A DNA stretch of 64,000 bases from Escherichia coli (GCF_030384885.1 NZ_CP128614.1), one strand, 5' to 3'; numbered from the stretch's first letter, positions 19,170 through 29,832 are shown. Numbers and translations: made by a program. The notes: generated from the sequence alone by a model not told the origin.

Positions 19170-19912
19170 TGCGCAGCGCCCATTTGGGTCACCAGGTTTT
19201 CCGGGCTCAGCCACCCCGTAAATAACTGCGGTTTGCCGCTTAGTGTCACCATGGTAGGAGTACCTTGCAGCGGGATTGTTGAGGCCACCTGGAAATGCGA
19301 TTTGATAATGTTTAAGCAAGCCTCATCAGGACGTCCTTCCGGGATAGTTGAAACCGGATTCATCGCTGCATCCAGAGCTTCGTTTGGCTTTGCTGAACAC
19401 CAGATTTTGGCCATGTTCCCGGCTACTACCGAGTTCAGTCCTGCACGTGGGAATGCAAGAAACTTAATCGAAATACCGGCATCAAGATAAGACTTCAGAT
19501 CATGATGCAGTTTTTGGCAGTATCCACAGGTTATATCGGTAAAGATAGCAAGCCGGTATTTTTCGTTTGGTGATTTGTAGTCGATGGATTTTGTTTTGGA
19601 TGCGAATTCCCGGACGCCCATTAAAATGGCCTGCTCAGTGGTGTTTACCACATCTTTACCTTTCACGTGGAATAAGCTTCCGGTAAAAATGTAATCTCCG
19701 TCTTTGCTCACGTAACTTACCCCCTCCCTGGAAATCACCGTAAAAATATCTTTTACTGGCGAGGGTTCGACGTGCTCGATTGAAAGCCCAATGGCTTTGA
19801 GCTTATCCCGGGCTGCATCTGGCAGTACCATTGTATTAACCGGCTCGGCATTCATCGTGAAGGCGGTACTTAATGAAAGAAGTAATACCGATGCCTTAAT
19901 AATTTTTTTCAT
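19163..19912 (-). CDS. dsbC: DsbC-like thiol:disulfide interchange protein
   Basis: 249-aa ORF with signal peptide and the DsbC active site CGYC. Confidence 0.75.
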   Translation of the reverse strand: MKKIIKASVLLLSLSTAFTMNAEPVNTMVLPDAARDKLKAIGLSIEHVEPSPVKDIFTVISREGVSYVSKDGDYIFTGSLFHVKGKDVVNTTEQAILMGVREFASKTKSIDYKSPNEKYRLAIFTDITCGYCQKLHHDLKSYLDAGISIKFLAFPRAGLNSVVAGNMAKIWCSAKPNEALDAAMNPVSTIPEGRPDEACLNIIKSHFQVASTIPLQGTPTMVTLSGKPQLFTGWLSPENLVTQMGAAQK

Positions 19913-20059
19913 TTATGCTCCTTGAATCGAGCACTAATATTATCACGCCCAAAAATTCCAGAATTTTGCTTAAACGCTTAAATCAACGGGTAAAGCCGAA
20001 AGAAAGTCGATAGATATATGGGAGAATAGATAAAACGTAGATTCAGTGGAGAAATCGTT

Positions 20060-20599
20060 GTGTTTACACCACCAGCAGATGATGTGAAACCTATTCCCGT
20101 TCCTGATGAGATTTACACTCAGTGCATTACGGATGCCGCCCGCTTCTTCGGAATTGATGCCGAACTGGTTTTTACGTTGTTTGACAATGAAGGCGGTAAG
20201 GTTGGTACTTTCAGCAGGAATACTAACGGCACTTATGATATTGGCCCGATGCAGATCAACTCATCCAATCTGCCTGAAATAAAAAAGCATTTCCCGACTG
20301 TAACGTGGCGGGTTCTGGCTTACGATGCTTGCGCTAGTTTCTGGGTTGGAACATGGTGGCTCTACAGAAAAATTGTTGATCGCAAGGGCAATGTGTTTGA
20401 AGGGATTGCAGATTACAACAGCAAAACCCCAAAGGTACGTGCAAAGTACATATTTAACTTCATGGTAAAGTACAATCGCCGGATCCAGCAGCGTAACGGG
20501 ATGGGTGAGCTTTATCAATGGACCCAACAACCTCCTCGATACAATGGCCATATAGCTAAAAATGTCCCGGAGCAAAACCCGACTCCTGTTGTTAAATAA
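20060..20599 (+). CDS. Lytic transglycosylase (SLT domain), probably T4SS-associated
   Basis: 179-aa ORF with SLT-like motifs (GPMQIN, ADYNS). Confidence 0.6.
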   Translation: MFTPPADDVKPIPVPDEIYTQCITDAARFFGIDAELVFTLFDNEGGKVGTFSRNTNGTYDIGPMQINSSNLPEIKKHFPTVTWRVLAYDACASFWVGTWWLYRKIVDRKGNVFEGIADYNSKTPKVRAKYIFNFMVKYNRRIQQRNGMGELYQWTQQPPRYNGHIAKNVPEQNPTPVVK

Positions 20600-20681
20600 A
20601 TTCAACCTGATATTACAGAAGATCATCGAGTAGCTTGGGTACCCCCCCGCAAAAAATTCGCATAGACTCAGGGGTAATAAA

Positions 20682-21248
20682 TTGTCTTTTTCTGCAAGAA
20701 ATATATTTAAGATTCTCTCTTCTTTCTTGATGCAGAAAAGCCCTCTTCATGAAGAAGTATGTGTTCCTGAAGAAACAACAGCTGGTTTATGGGGCCCTCT
20801 CCCTGATTCGCATGTCGTGCTTTTCTTAGATTTCGATGGGGTTTGTCACAGGTGCAAAAATGAAACCTTTGAGCGAATGCCATTGGTGGAAAAATTACTG
20901 GATAAATGCCCTTCCATGGTGATTGTCATCTCCAGTTCGTGGCGTGAATGTGCCAGTATAACTTACCTGAAATCTCTTTTCCGGCTACCTTATAGAGACA
21001 AAGTCATAGGTGCTACCGATTCGGTATATTTAAAACCTAATCAGTCAGGTGTGCGGGCTGCTGAGTGTGAGGACTTTGTATTTTCACATCGAGTTAAAGC
21101 ATTTATCTGCCTTGATGACGACGAATCATTATTCCCGGTCGGTTATCCACATTTGCAAAAAACCAATTATTACACCGGCCTCACCGAATCTGATCTTGCA
21201 GCTCTTAACACCAGGTATCATCTGCTTATGAAACGTTGGGCTTCCTGA
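20682..21248 (+). CDS. HAD-like hydrolase (putative)
   Basis: 188-aa ORF with HAD motif I (VVLFLDFDGV) and a distal DDD motif (CLDDDESLF). Confidence 0.45.
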   Translation: MSFSARNIFKILSSFLMQKSPLHEEVCVPEETTAGLWGPLPDSHVVLFLDFDGVCHRCKNETFERMPLVEKLLDKCPSMVIVISSSWRECASITYLKSLFRLPYRDKVIGATDSVYLKPNQSGVRAAECEDFVFSHRVKAFICLDDDESLFPVGYPHLQKTNYYTGLTESDLAALNTRYHLLMKRWAS

Positions 21249-21251
21249 ATT

Positions 21252-21262
21252 AAAGTAACTTT
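21252..21262. repeat. Palindrome AAAGTAACTTT, copy c (intergenic)
   Basis: Read directly (TTAAAGTAACTTTTACGG). Confidence 0.6.
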
Positions 21263-21355
21263 TACGGAGAGCATGCCCGCATTATCAGTTCTATGCTTCT
21301 CCATTTCTGCCCCGGGTCAAAGCATTGCACAGTTGGAAGAAAACATGCCGGTCTC

Positions 21356-22645
21356 TTAAGCTTGCTGCTCAGTTTGGTTCCGGTGCTGAAAAACCTGCCA
21401 ACGGTGCTTTAGGAATTCAGTATTGATGGGTTTACGCAGCGGCTTAATAAACTCTCCTTGATATGCCGCTAAATCATGATCTACCGCCAAAGCTTCAGCG
21501 AGAATGTTAACCTCCAACGTCACCGGATGAATGGCAATCATGTTTGCGTCGAAAAGATCGTGTATATCATGGCGTAAGAGCAACCCATTTGTATAATGGT
21601 CTACTCCTCCGTTACGATGCTCCATCAGATGAGCAGCCTCAGTGCGCTGGCGCAGTCTAGAGCCTGTAATCACACATTGGTCATAACAGTTGTTGCGGAC
21701 GGCTTCTGCAAATGAGGCCTGATCTGGTCGTGTCTCGACAGTTGTCTTACTACCCTTACGCTTACCCGGTACAGTAGTTTCATCAGGAATATTCGGCTGA
21801 AGCTCCTTTTCTTCTATACCATCAGTCTTCATAGCGACCATAATCGCGGCCGGTGGAGATTTAGGCTGATCTTCCTGCGATCTTTCGCGGCCACCAACTG
21901 GATACCCTAGAAAACCCTCAATGATCTCTAGTGGAGGTAATGTAGCGTTTGAACGTGCATAAATAGCGAACTCTGCGGCACGTCCGCCGGGAATATATCT
22001 ACGTACCAGTATTGGAAGAGAGGCTTCTTCATCTGGTTCCTCTTTTTCCGACAGGATTATTCGTTCGGTGAGACGGGCTGAATTTTTTTTCATTTCACTC
22101 AACAGTCTATTGCGTTCTTTTACCTTTCGGTCATTATCCTCCAACATCTTACGATGACTAACCTTAGCCAGATGGTCTTCCAGTTCCTGTATATATTCGG
22201 GATCGATAGTGTCAATTAGACCGAACGCCATCAACCGCTCCCCCCTTGTTTTACAAGATTCTAGCCGAACGCGAATGTACTCCTTACGCTTGGCCATCAA
22301 ATGTTCTTTTTGTTTTTTTTCTCGAATTACACGGAGCTGAGTATTGTAATTAGAATAAACGGTTTCGCTATTCTGCTCTGTCTCTAGAGCAAATTTTTGT
22401 AGGTGTTCACGTAGTTTTTTACGGGTATTTTTGGGGGCATGCATTACGGTACGCTCAATGTATGAGCCTGTGCAGCGTAAAGAAAGTACAGTTTCAGCAT
22501 GGGAATAACCAGCATTGAGACGATAGCGGGCAATTTTAAGCAAATTATTAAAGTGTGCACCATTACATATACCTAGTTCTTCCAAGACACGACGTTCTCT
22601 ATCATTAATAGATGGATGGTTAATATCTTTTACTTTGTTTGCCAT
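21356..22645 (-). CDS. HNH endonuclease-domain protein with a large charged/coiled-coil N-terminal region
   Basis: 429-aa ORF; C-terminus has an HNH-like motif (…CVITGSRL…EAAHLMEHRNGGVDHYTNGLLLRHDIHDLFD…). Confidence 0.55.
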   Translation of the reverse strand: MANKVKDINHPSINDRERRVLEELGICNGAHFNNLLKIARYRLNAGYSHAETVLSLRCTGSYIERTVMHAPKNTRKKLREHLQKFALETEQNSETVYSNYNTQLRVIREKKQKEHLMAKRKEYIRVRLESCKTRGERLMAFGLIDTIDPEYIQELEDHLAKVSHRKMLEDNDRKVKERNRLLSEMKKNSARLTERIILSEKEEPDEEASLPILVRRYIPGGRAAEFAIYARSNATLPPLEIIEGFLGYPVGGRERSQEDQPKSPPAAIMVAMKTDGIEEKELQPNIPDETTVPGKRKGSKTTVETRPDQASFAEAVRNNCYDQCVITGSRLRQRTEAAHLMEHRNGGVDHYTNGLLLRHDIHDLFDANMIAIHPVTLEVNILAEALAVDHDLAAYQGEFIKPLRKPINTEFLKHRWQVFQHRNQTEQQA

Positions 22646-22730
22646 GTCCTGTGTCTCAGTGCCTATTCAGCCGGAACATCTACTACATAAAGAACGAGAT
22701 TGTACAGAAATCAGCTAAGTTTATGAATAA

Positions 22731-22765
22731 AAAAGGCCGCAAATTTATACTTTGCGGCCTTCACT
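22731..22765 (-). terminator. Rho-independent terminator after trhG
   Basis: GC hairpin (AAGGCCGCAAA…TTTGCGGCCTT) followed by a T-run on the minus strand, about 60 bp past the trhG stop. Confidence 0.6.
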
Positions 22766-22825
22766 GTTTAACACCATATTTTAGTAAATACGTTTAATTT
22801 TCATTAGGTTATATTTGAAACTCAC

Positions 22826-25800
22826 CTACCTTTTATTTTCATTAAGCCACTGATCCGCTTTATCGACACGTGACTGGTAAGGCTCATTTGTGTTGCTCAG
22901 CTCTGACTTCATGTACTGAATGAATTCATCTGCTTTCTGAGGCCCAAAGCGTGGGTCATCCGTCAATTGCTGCCGGATAGCCCTTTCAGAGTTCTGCGCT
23001 GCATTCGCATAAGTCGAAACGCCGTCGCTGCTAATACTCTGATACCGGTCACTTACAGCTGCGACGCCATCAGACATCTGCATGTGATTAAGGACTTTAC
23101 CCTGGAGAGAATCAGGCATATTTGCAGGGTTAGAGGCATCATTTGCTATCGATGTCTGGGTTTGAAGGATGCCCGCTCCCGTAAGCATCTCATTTACCGG
23201 TTTCGCCCCAACGCTGGTTAGCGTATCCGAAACAAATTGCTGGCCCCCGAGTAGCGCACCAGAAATCGCGCCCCGCTCAGTGTTGGCCTCTATCTTTTCC
23301 CCAACCAAGCGATCTGTGACGGTCTGAGTGCGGTTACCAACGAGACCACCGCCCGACCCACCCTCTCCTAGGTTTGCCCGTACGACTGACTCAAGTGAAC
23401 CATCAGCTCTGTTATGAGTGTTGAAACTGCTATGGATGCTCTGAACGTCATTCATACTCCAGTTAACGTTATAGTTACCCAGTTCATTAAGGATCTTCTG
23501 GGTATCCGCTTTGAGCTGCTCTCTTTCGGCACCGGTAGCCATGGTGCTGGCACCATAGGTAAAGACAGCTTGCTGTGCCAATTCAGCTCGCTTATCGTCC
23601 CGGCTTAAGTTCGGGTTGTTGGCAACACGACTAAAGTAGTTATCAGTGTTATTAGATAAGCCACGAACTTGACCGCTCTGATACATACTGTTCAAAGCAG
23701 TGGCTCGTTGATCCATTCCATCACCAACCACCCGACCTCCGGTAGCCTTTTCCAGATCGTTAAATGTGCCTTCTGCATTTCTGACATCCTGACCTGAATT
23801 GACGACTTTCTCTACACCCTGATTATTCAGTACAGGGCCATTCGTTTTGAGAGAATTGAGCACATTCCTTTCTTCATCAGAATAAGTGCGGCCCACGTTG
23901 TTGTTATGTATTCCCTGAATATCGCCTTTGCCCGCGTTATCAAGGTTATACGGAGTAAAGCCAGCTTCACTTTTTCCAGGGACACGCTGAGTCGCGTCCT
24001 GAGCGTTGGAGGAAAGACCGAGTTTAGCCTGCGAATCAACACTTCCACCCAGTTCCCCTACGCGTGACGCACTCATCACGCCAGACGTATTTACGCTGTC
24101 AGGAGTTCTATCCTGTGCCTGAGTGATAGTATTAATTCCTGACCCTTCGCCTGAAATTCTGTCGAGCTGATTGGTGATAGGTAGCAGCTGCTGTGCATTA
24201 CCACCGAAGTCGGAAACCAGACTTTTAAGCAGGCTGGAGGTTTCACGGAGATCCTGTTTATTACTTTCGGCCGTCTCTCCCCGGGCGGTATCAATCGCAA
24301 TTTTTTGCTCACTGAAATCTCGTGTTGCAGCCACAAGCGCGTCAGTACGTTGAAGCTGCGAACCAAGCTGATTACTGGCCTTGAAGGTATCGTTATAGGA
24401 GTTGAATTTCTCCATAAACGCATTCTCATCCAGCCCATTCTTACGAGCAAAATTCCTTACATCATCATCACTGAAGTTTTTGTTGCGAATAGAATCGGAG
24501 AACCTGTCCAGGTTAATGCTTTGTTTAGAATCAAGGCTCATTCCACTATTGGAGCTGGCGTTAGTCGATACCGATGTAGAAATGTTTTGCGCCATCGTCT
24601 GTGTCGCCTGGTTCATTTTCGACGATGCTTCTTTAAACGCATTAGTATTGGATATCTGATCGCTGCTTACCTGAGACGCCGCTTTACTGAACTGGTCAGT
24701 CAAAGCAGAATCCTGGCTAAGCTGATTCGTGATTGCTTTTGAAAGGTCATTTGAAAGCGAGTCACTGCCTGTATTGGTCTTAGATGCGCCGCTACTCAAT
24801 TGCCCTGCTACAGCTGCTTTCAGCCCGGCTCCGTTGCCAGTTCCAGCACCTCCATTAAGCCCAGCGTTTAGAATAACATTTGAAGCAATGCTGGCCATCT
24901 GAGACGCACTCACCCCATGTTTCGTTGCAATACCTTCTGCTACAGAGGCACCAATCTTATCCGAGATCTGCTTCATTGTTTGCAGGTTGGTTGAGAACTG
25001 CTGGCTCGACTGTCCTGACCTTCCAATTTCACTCATCTGACTGTAACCAGCCTGGAATGAATTACTTGCCGCACTCATAACTGATGAGGTTACAGCTGAT
25101 CCTTGCCCCTGGCTGTTAGCGATACTTGAACCAGCATTCCACATTCCAAGACGGAAATTACTTGAATCAACTGCGCCGCCATCGCTGTATCCCTGACCGG
25201 TACTGGTCAAGGCGGTTCGTGTCACGTCACCAAATGAAGATTTACCGCTGTTAGGGCCATCCCATACTTTGGGCGTTACATGACCAGTATCCACCGGCGC
25301 ATCGGGGGTCACTCCCTTAACCGCATTCATCATCGGGTGAATCGACTGTGTCATCAGGAATAATGTGAGTACCGGAATCAGAGCATAAAGCGCGGAAGCA
25401 ACAGACAGGTATGAACTGTATGTTTCCGCAAGCCCTGGGAGCCCCATCCACGTGACGGCATTATTCTGGCTGTTGAGGGTGCTCCAGGTATCCAGATCGG
25501 CCGTCGCGACTTTCTTCACATACGCGTTGACCATTACTGCCGTAAGCGGCCACATATTCACGAAGAGAATAAGTTGCAAATATTTCGCCGCAGCGGCAAC
25601 ACCATTACCACCTAACGCCAGCAGCATAAGCAAAGCAAATGGAGCAACCATGTAAGCAAACATCTCAAGGAATGCGATTGCTGCTCCAGACAGTTGTAAC
25701 CACAACTGGCCCTGTGAAGCCATTGTGTTGGTTCGCTTCAGAGAAGCCTCAAACAACTGCATATCGGAAGCCAGACTGAGTGGGGTCTTATATTTGCTTG

Positions 25801-26779
25801 CGCCATTTCTGAGCTCATTCATTATGAACAGGTTCAGGGTGGCGTCATACGAACCAATAGCCTTACCGTACATACCATTTGCTGACGCCATAACATCAGT
25901 AAAACTTGCGCCGGTAGGTGCACCATTTGCTTCGTCTGGAGTAAGGATGCCGTTTGTCTGTCCTATAAGGGAAATAGTCTGGCGAGCTTCAGCTGTACTG
26001 GTAACCTGTTTCACAGTTGACCAGACCTCATCACACGTACCAGATTTTGAACCGTTAGCGCCAACAATACTGGCAGAGGCATTCTTCAGTGCGCCTTTCA
26101 TCGCCTGATTAATCCGGTCCATGCTATCTGCCAGATTAGCTGAGAAAATATCGTTAAAAATAGTTTCTTTACCGGCAATATTTGCGCTTGAGTTTTGGGT
26201 AGCCTTCAGGCAGTTGTATGCAAGAGACTGAACGGTAGCACATACGTTCATTGGCCCTAGCCCGCTGGCCGGTTCAGGAAATGCAGAACAGTAGCCCTGG
26301 CTATCGCCGCCCCATTGCAAAAACTTCACGAATCGGATCATCGGACCGAGGGTGATGTCATCGTCCAGAGTTGTTGCAGACAGGTCCACCGGAGAAAGCG
26401 GATCAAACGCAGTTTTATAATCCTTCAGCAAACCCTGGCTTAAGTTAGTGGTGACGGTGGCCATCGCAGCAATAAAAATTGGAATTCCGTCGACGTTTCT
26501 GACCTCTCCCGACTTTACAGATTCAATAGTTACATCCACTCGAACCATTGCCATCATGAAAAGGATCAACCCCAAAAACCAGGAGAAAAACGGTAATTCA
26601 TTTTTGGTCGGAGCCTGAAGCCATAGCCACGTTTTATAGAATAGGCTCACACCTGCTACAACGGCGGCCGTGGTCAGGAACTCTTTTACACCAGTATATT
26701 GAGAAAAGATTAGGGCAATACCGGTAAAAGCCGACCAGACAAAATCAATATCACCCAGGGTATATATGTTGTAATCCAT
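22826..26779 (-). CDS. trhG: F-type T4SS TraG/TrhG-like mating-pair stabilisation protein
   Basis: 1317-aa ORF with an N-terminal polytopic membrane domain and long Ser/Gly/Asn-rich C-terminal region; last gene of the trhF-trhH-trhG block. Confidence 0.75.
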   Translation of the reverse strand: MDYNIYTLGDIDFVWSAFTGIALIFSQYTGVKEFLTTAAVVAGVSLFYKTWLWLQAPTKNELPFFSWFLGLILFMMAMVRVDVTIESVKSGEVRNVDGIPIFIAAMATVTTNLSQGLLKDYKTAFDPLSPVDLSATTLDDDITLGPMIRFVKFLQWGGDSQGYCSAFPEPASGLGPMNVCATVQSLAYNCLKATQNSSANIAGKETIFNDIFSANLADSMDRINQAMKGALKNASASIVGANGSKSGTCDEVWSTVKQVTSTAEARQTISLIGQTNGILTPDEANGAPTGASFTDVMASANGMYGKAIGSYDATLNLFIMNELRNGASKYKTPLSLASDMQLFEASLKRTNTMASQGQLWLQLSGAAIAFLEMFAYMVAPFALLMLLALGGNGVAAAAKYLQLILFVNMWPLTAVMVNAYVKKVATADLDTWSTLNSQNNAVTWMGLPGLAETYSSYLSVASALYALIPVLTLFLMTQSIHPMMNAVKGVTPDAPVDTGHVTPKVWDGPNSGKSSFGDVTRTALTSTGQGYSDGGAVDSSNFRLGMWNAGSSIANSQGQGSAVTSSVMSAASNSFQAGYSQMSEIGRSGQSSQQFSTNLQTMKQISDKIGASVAEGIATKHGVSASQMASIASNVILNAGLNGGAGTGNGAGLKAAVAGQLSSGASKTNTGSDSLSNDLSKAITNQLSQDSALTDQFSKAASQVSSDQISNTNAFKEASSKMNQATQTMAQNISTSVSTNASSNSGMSLDSKQSINLDRFSDSIRNKNFSDDDVRNFARKNGLDENAFMEKFNSYNDTFKASNQLGSQLQRTDALVAATRDFSEQKIAIDTARGETAESNKQDLRETSSLLKSLVSDFGGNAQQLLPITNQLDRISGEGSGINTITQAQDRTPDSVNTSGVMSASRVGELGGSVDSQAKLGLSSNAQDATQRVPGKSEAGFTPYNLDNAGKGDIQGIHNNNVGRTYSDEERNVLNSLKTNGPVLNNQGVEKVVNSGQDVRNAEGTFNDLEKATGGRVVGDGMDQRATALNSMYQSGQVRGLSNNTDNYFSRVANNPNLSRDDKRAELAQQAVFTYGASTMATGAEREQLKADTQKILNELGNYNVNWSMNDVQSIHSSFNTHNRADGSLESVVRANLGEGGSGGGLVGNRTQTVTDRLVGEKIEANTERGAISGALLGGQQFVSDTLTSVGAKPVNEMLTGAGILQTQTSIANDASNPANMPDSLQGKVLNHMQMSDGVAAVSDRYQSISSDGVSTYANAAQNSERAIRQQLTDDPRFGPQKADEFIQYMKSELSNTNEPYQSRVDKADQWLNENKR

Positions 26780-26787
26780 GTCAGACC

Positions 26788-28266
26788 TCAGTTACGTGTG
26801 CCACGAATACTTTCAGTGAAAGCCTTCCGTTGCAGGCGACGGTTATCCCAGGTTGAAATGACGTCCGAGCTGGTACCGACCTGGCTGTGCGATAGCTCAT
26901 AGGCGGCTTTAACCTGTTTTGAGAGATTGTCTGTTAATCGGTTGAGATCATCCCTTTTACCCGACAGCGACTCACTCGGTATGCTCATGGTTGAAATTTT
27001 GGCCTCAACCTGGCGCAACATGTTGATTACGAGGCTCGTCGCAGCAATAGTGCTTATGTCCTGAATGTATGCGTACCCTTCCGGTGCTTCGAATGTTTGC
27101 AAAGAGTCGATAATGGTCGGGATGCCGATATAGGAGATAATGCGTAATTCATCATCTGAAACACGAACGTCGTTGATGATTTTTTTCTGTACGTTTAAAA
27201 GAAGATCAGAAATGGTATCCTTCAATCCCTTAAAACCACCGTCATTAACTTCTGACATGACAAGGCACTGAGCCTTTCGTGGGGATGATGGATCTGGTGC
27301 CGGAGAACACTTGAGCATTTTAATTGATCCGCCAGCTGGTGGCCCCATGATGTAATCCGTGACAGTCATGGTAGACGGGCGGACTTCCATTCCCGCTTTT
27401 TCGCCTTTGCTATCCCAGTTGATAATGACAGTACCCACGAGAGACATAAGTTGTTCTGCCAATTTATAACCGGATAACTCCGTTACCCCTCCGATGTTCA
27501 TTGTTCCCTTATCAATATCCATGAACGACATATAGAAGAGGTTACCACTGAATTTTTCAGCGAACTCTTCGGGATCCTTTGCTTTAACCTGAGAAGTGAC
27601 AGCTTCAGGTGACTTTGTCATCGATGAGCCAAAATCAGGAATGAGACCATTAATCGATCCCAGAATTGAGGCTGGTCCAGAGCTAACTGAGTTAGCGAAC
27701 TGGCTTGGCGTACCCACGTTTTCAGAAAGGAAAGAGTAAGTTGCATTGCATGAATCTTTCGCAAATTTATTTAGCGCTTGCAGTTTGTTTTGGATGTCAT
27801 TAATCGTTGCAGCACAGTCAGCACAAATAGCTGAAACAGCAACGTTAAAAGCATAGATAGCCGCACCCTGGGCAATACCACGGGCCACCTGCACAAGCTG
27901 GTCCCCGTTGATCATGCTGAAGGACCCAAGAAAAACGTCAATACCATTACAACCGACAGAAGCTTTTGGAAACGACATGGAAACAAGGTTGGTATTAACG
28001 TTTGTTGTTCGGTAAGACATTGACCCGCCAACTATGCCTGTACGGGTTGCTGTGGAAAAGGTGGCCGGGCTGGTAGACGTCATCATGCCATTGAAAATGT
28101 TACGCATTGCGTTGTCTGCATTTGCAGTCGGGGCTAAAATTGCAGCACAAACAGAAAGAGACAAAAGTAACTTTTTGAAGTTGAAAACGGCATTACTGCG
28201 CATAAGTGCCTCCAAAACTGCCGCCAGCATTGAGATAATTGACCGGATCGGCCGTAGGCATGTCAT
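26788..28266 (-). CDS. trhH: F-type T4SS TraH/TrhH-like protein
   Basis: 492-aa ORF with a signal peptide; the true start is probably the internal Met near 28203. Confidence 0.75.
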   Translation of the reverse strand: MTCLRPIRSIISMLAAVLEALMRSNAVFNFKKLLLSLSVCAAILAPTANADNAMRNIFNGMMTSTSPATFSTATRTGIVGGSMSYRTTNVNTNLVSMSFPKASVGCNGIDVFLGSFSMINGDQLVQVARGIAQGAAIYAFNVAVSAICADCAATINDIQNKLQALNKFAKDSCNATYSFLSENVGTPSQFANSVSSGPASILGSINGLIPDFGSSMTKSPEAVTSQVKAKDPEEFAEKFSGNLFYMSFMDIDKGTMNIGGVTELSGYKLAEQLMSLVGTVIINWDSKGEKAGMEVRPSTMTVTDYIMGPPAGGSIKMLKCSPAPDPSSPRKAQCLVMSEVNDGGFKGLKDTISDLLLNVQKKIINDVRVSDDELRIISYIGIPTIIDSLQTFEAPEGYAYIQDISTIAATSLVINMLRQVEAKISTMSIPSESLSGKRDDLNRLTDNLSKQVKAAYELSHSQVGTSSDVISTWDNRRLQRKAFTESIRGTRN

Positions 28267-29239
28267 AGCCTTCGAGTTTTTGGTCCATTATTTTTTGAAG
28301 TAAGAATGGGTCTGATTCCATTTCGGATTTATTAACGGTAATAACGCCATCATCACCGATGGTATATTGCCTTTTAATATCTAGAGTTGACTGAAACGAA
28401 GCGTCATCGATCAGATTCATGCCCTTCGCGGCAAGTATAATAGTGTTCTTTAATTCATCAGCGGAGATCATGCCTTCACTAATGCGCTGAGCTGATGTCC
28501 CATCCTTTGAAACCAGGAAAATTGTAGGTACCTCTCGAATTTTAAATTGATCAATAATTTGTGCATTGGGGATGTTAAAATCCTGAAAAAGGCCATTATG
28601 CAATGGCCTTCCATCCATACTGATTGGAAGAATATCTACCGAATAATAGTTCTGCATAAATTGAAGTATTTGGCTCTCTTCGTGGCAAAACTGGCAAGTA
28701 CTCTGGAAAAAGAAAAATAAACCTGACTTAGTAAAGATATCTTTCATTACCGTTTGCTGATTTTTTTCAACAACAGTGCGGTGAGCATCCAGTGCCACCT
28801 TTTCCACTGGTTGCCTGCGTTTTTCAGACATCATCGGGTTTTTAAGAAAATAATCTTTTGATTTGTCAGAAAAACGCGTACTGATATCCAGCATTAACCT
28901 TTGCGCCGTGTAATAACGTGATAGATTTTCTGCGGTAGGGTTATCCATTGCCTGCGTTAACAGTCGAGGCATATTCTCTTTTAGCCATTTTGAATTTAAA
29001 TCTACCTTTTCCTCTTTTGAAGGCGAGCTAGCAGCACCGGTTGGTGGCAAAACCTTTTCTTCTTCAGCTTCGCTTTTTTTAGCAGGATCGTCATACCAGA
29101 AGAAACCCTTCTTATAAGCCTGGCCTGATACAAAGGGCGTATCTTTTATTAGGGGTTGCTCAGGGCTGGCGTGGGCACCAGTAATTACCAAAGACATAAG
29201 CAAAACCATCTTTGAAGGCGCTAATGCAATACGAGTCAT
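28193..29239 (-). CDS. trhF: F-type T4SS TraF/TrbB-family thioredoxin-fold protein (TrhF-like)
   Basis: 348-aa ORF with signal peptide and a CxxC motif (CQFC) in a thioredoxin-like C-terminal domain. Confidence 0.7.
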   Translation of the reverse strand: MTRIALAPSKMVLLMSLVITGAHASPEQPLIKDTPFVSGQAYKKGFFWYDDPAKKSEAEEEKVLPPTGAASSPSKEEKVDLNSKWLKENMPRLLTQAMDNPTAENLSRYYTAQRLMLDISTRFSDKSKDYFLKNPMMSEKRRQPVEKVALDAHRTVVEKNQQTVMKDIFTKSGLFFFFQSTCQFCHEESQILQFMQNYYSVDILPISMDGRPLHNGLFQDFNIPNAQIIDQFKIREVPTIFLVSKDGTSAQRISEGMISADELKNTIILAAKGMNLIDDASFQSTLDIKRQYTIGDDGVITVNKSEMESDPFLLQKIMDQKLEGYDMPTADPVNYLNAGGSFGGTYAQ

Positions 29240-29832
29240 AGACCGTTCTCCTTTTCTGATGCGGTTATGATGGCATACAAAAAAAAGGTTAGAGCTCGTA
29301 TAGCATGGTCGTTTTTATGTTGAAAAGGACGGAAAAGGAGTGCTGACTAAGAAGATAGTCTCGGTGATGGAAAGATCATCCATCTTGCACATTGTGAAAA
29401 ATCCGGTGTAACAAAAACATGGTTTTATCGAATATCTAAAAGCAAATATTGCTTTGAAAACAGGTGTATTAAGAGCTGAAAAAAATCATCACCAGTAACG
29501 CTGTTTCTATATTTCAAAGAAGGAATAGCTAAGGATCAAAGAAGCGAACTTAGGCAAGAATATAAAATATATTAATTGAAAGCGATTAAGAAGTCGTCAT
29601 GCATAGAAGGTTTTAGAGAACCTAAGTAGTTTTACGTTTTCAACAGAAAAAAAGGTGAACATTTTTTGGAACGAAGAAAGACTGTATAAAGAAAAATCAA
29701 ATTATATCTTTACTTGTCAAGAGTTAATATTTAAGTTGTAACTAATATTTGATTGTAAAGCAAACAACAGAATTTGACTTAAGTCAATATTTAGATTCAG
29801 ACAAGGCAAGTTTCGCGATATCTTTTTTAAAT

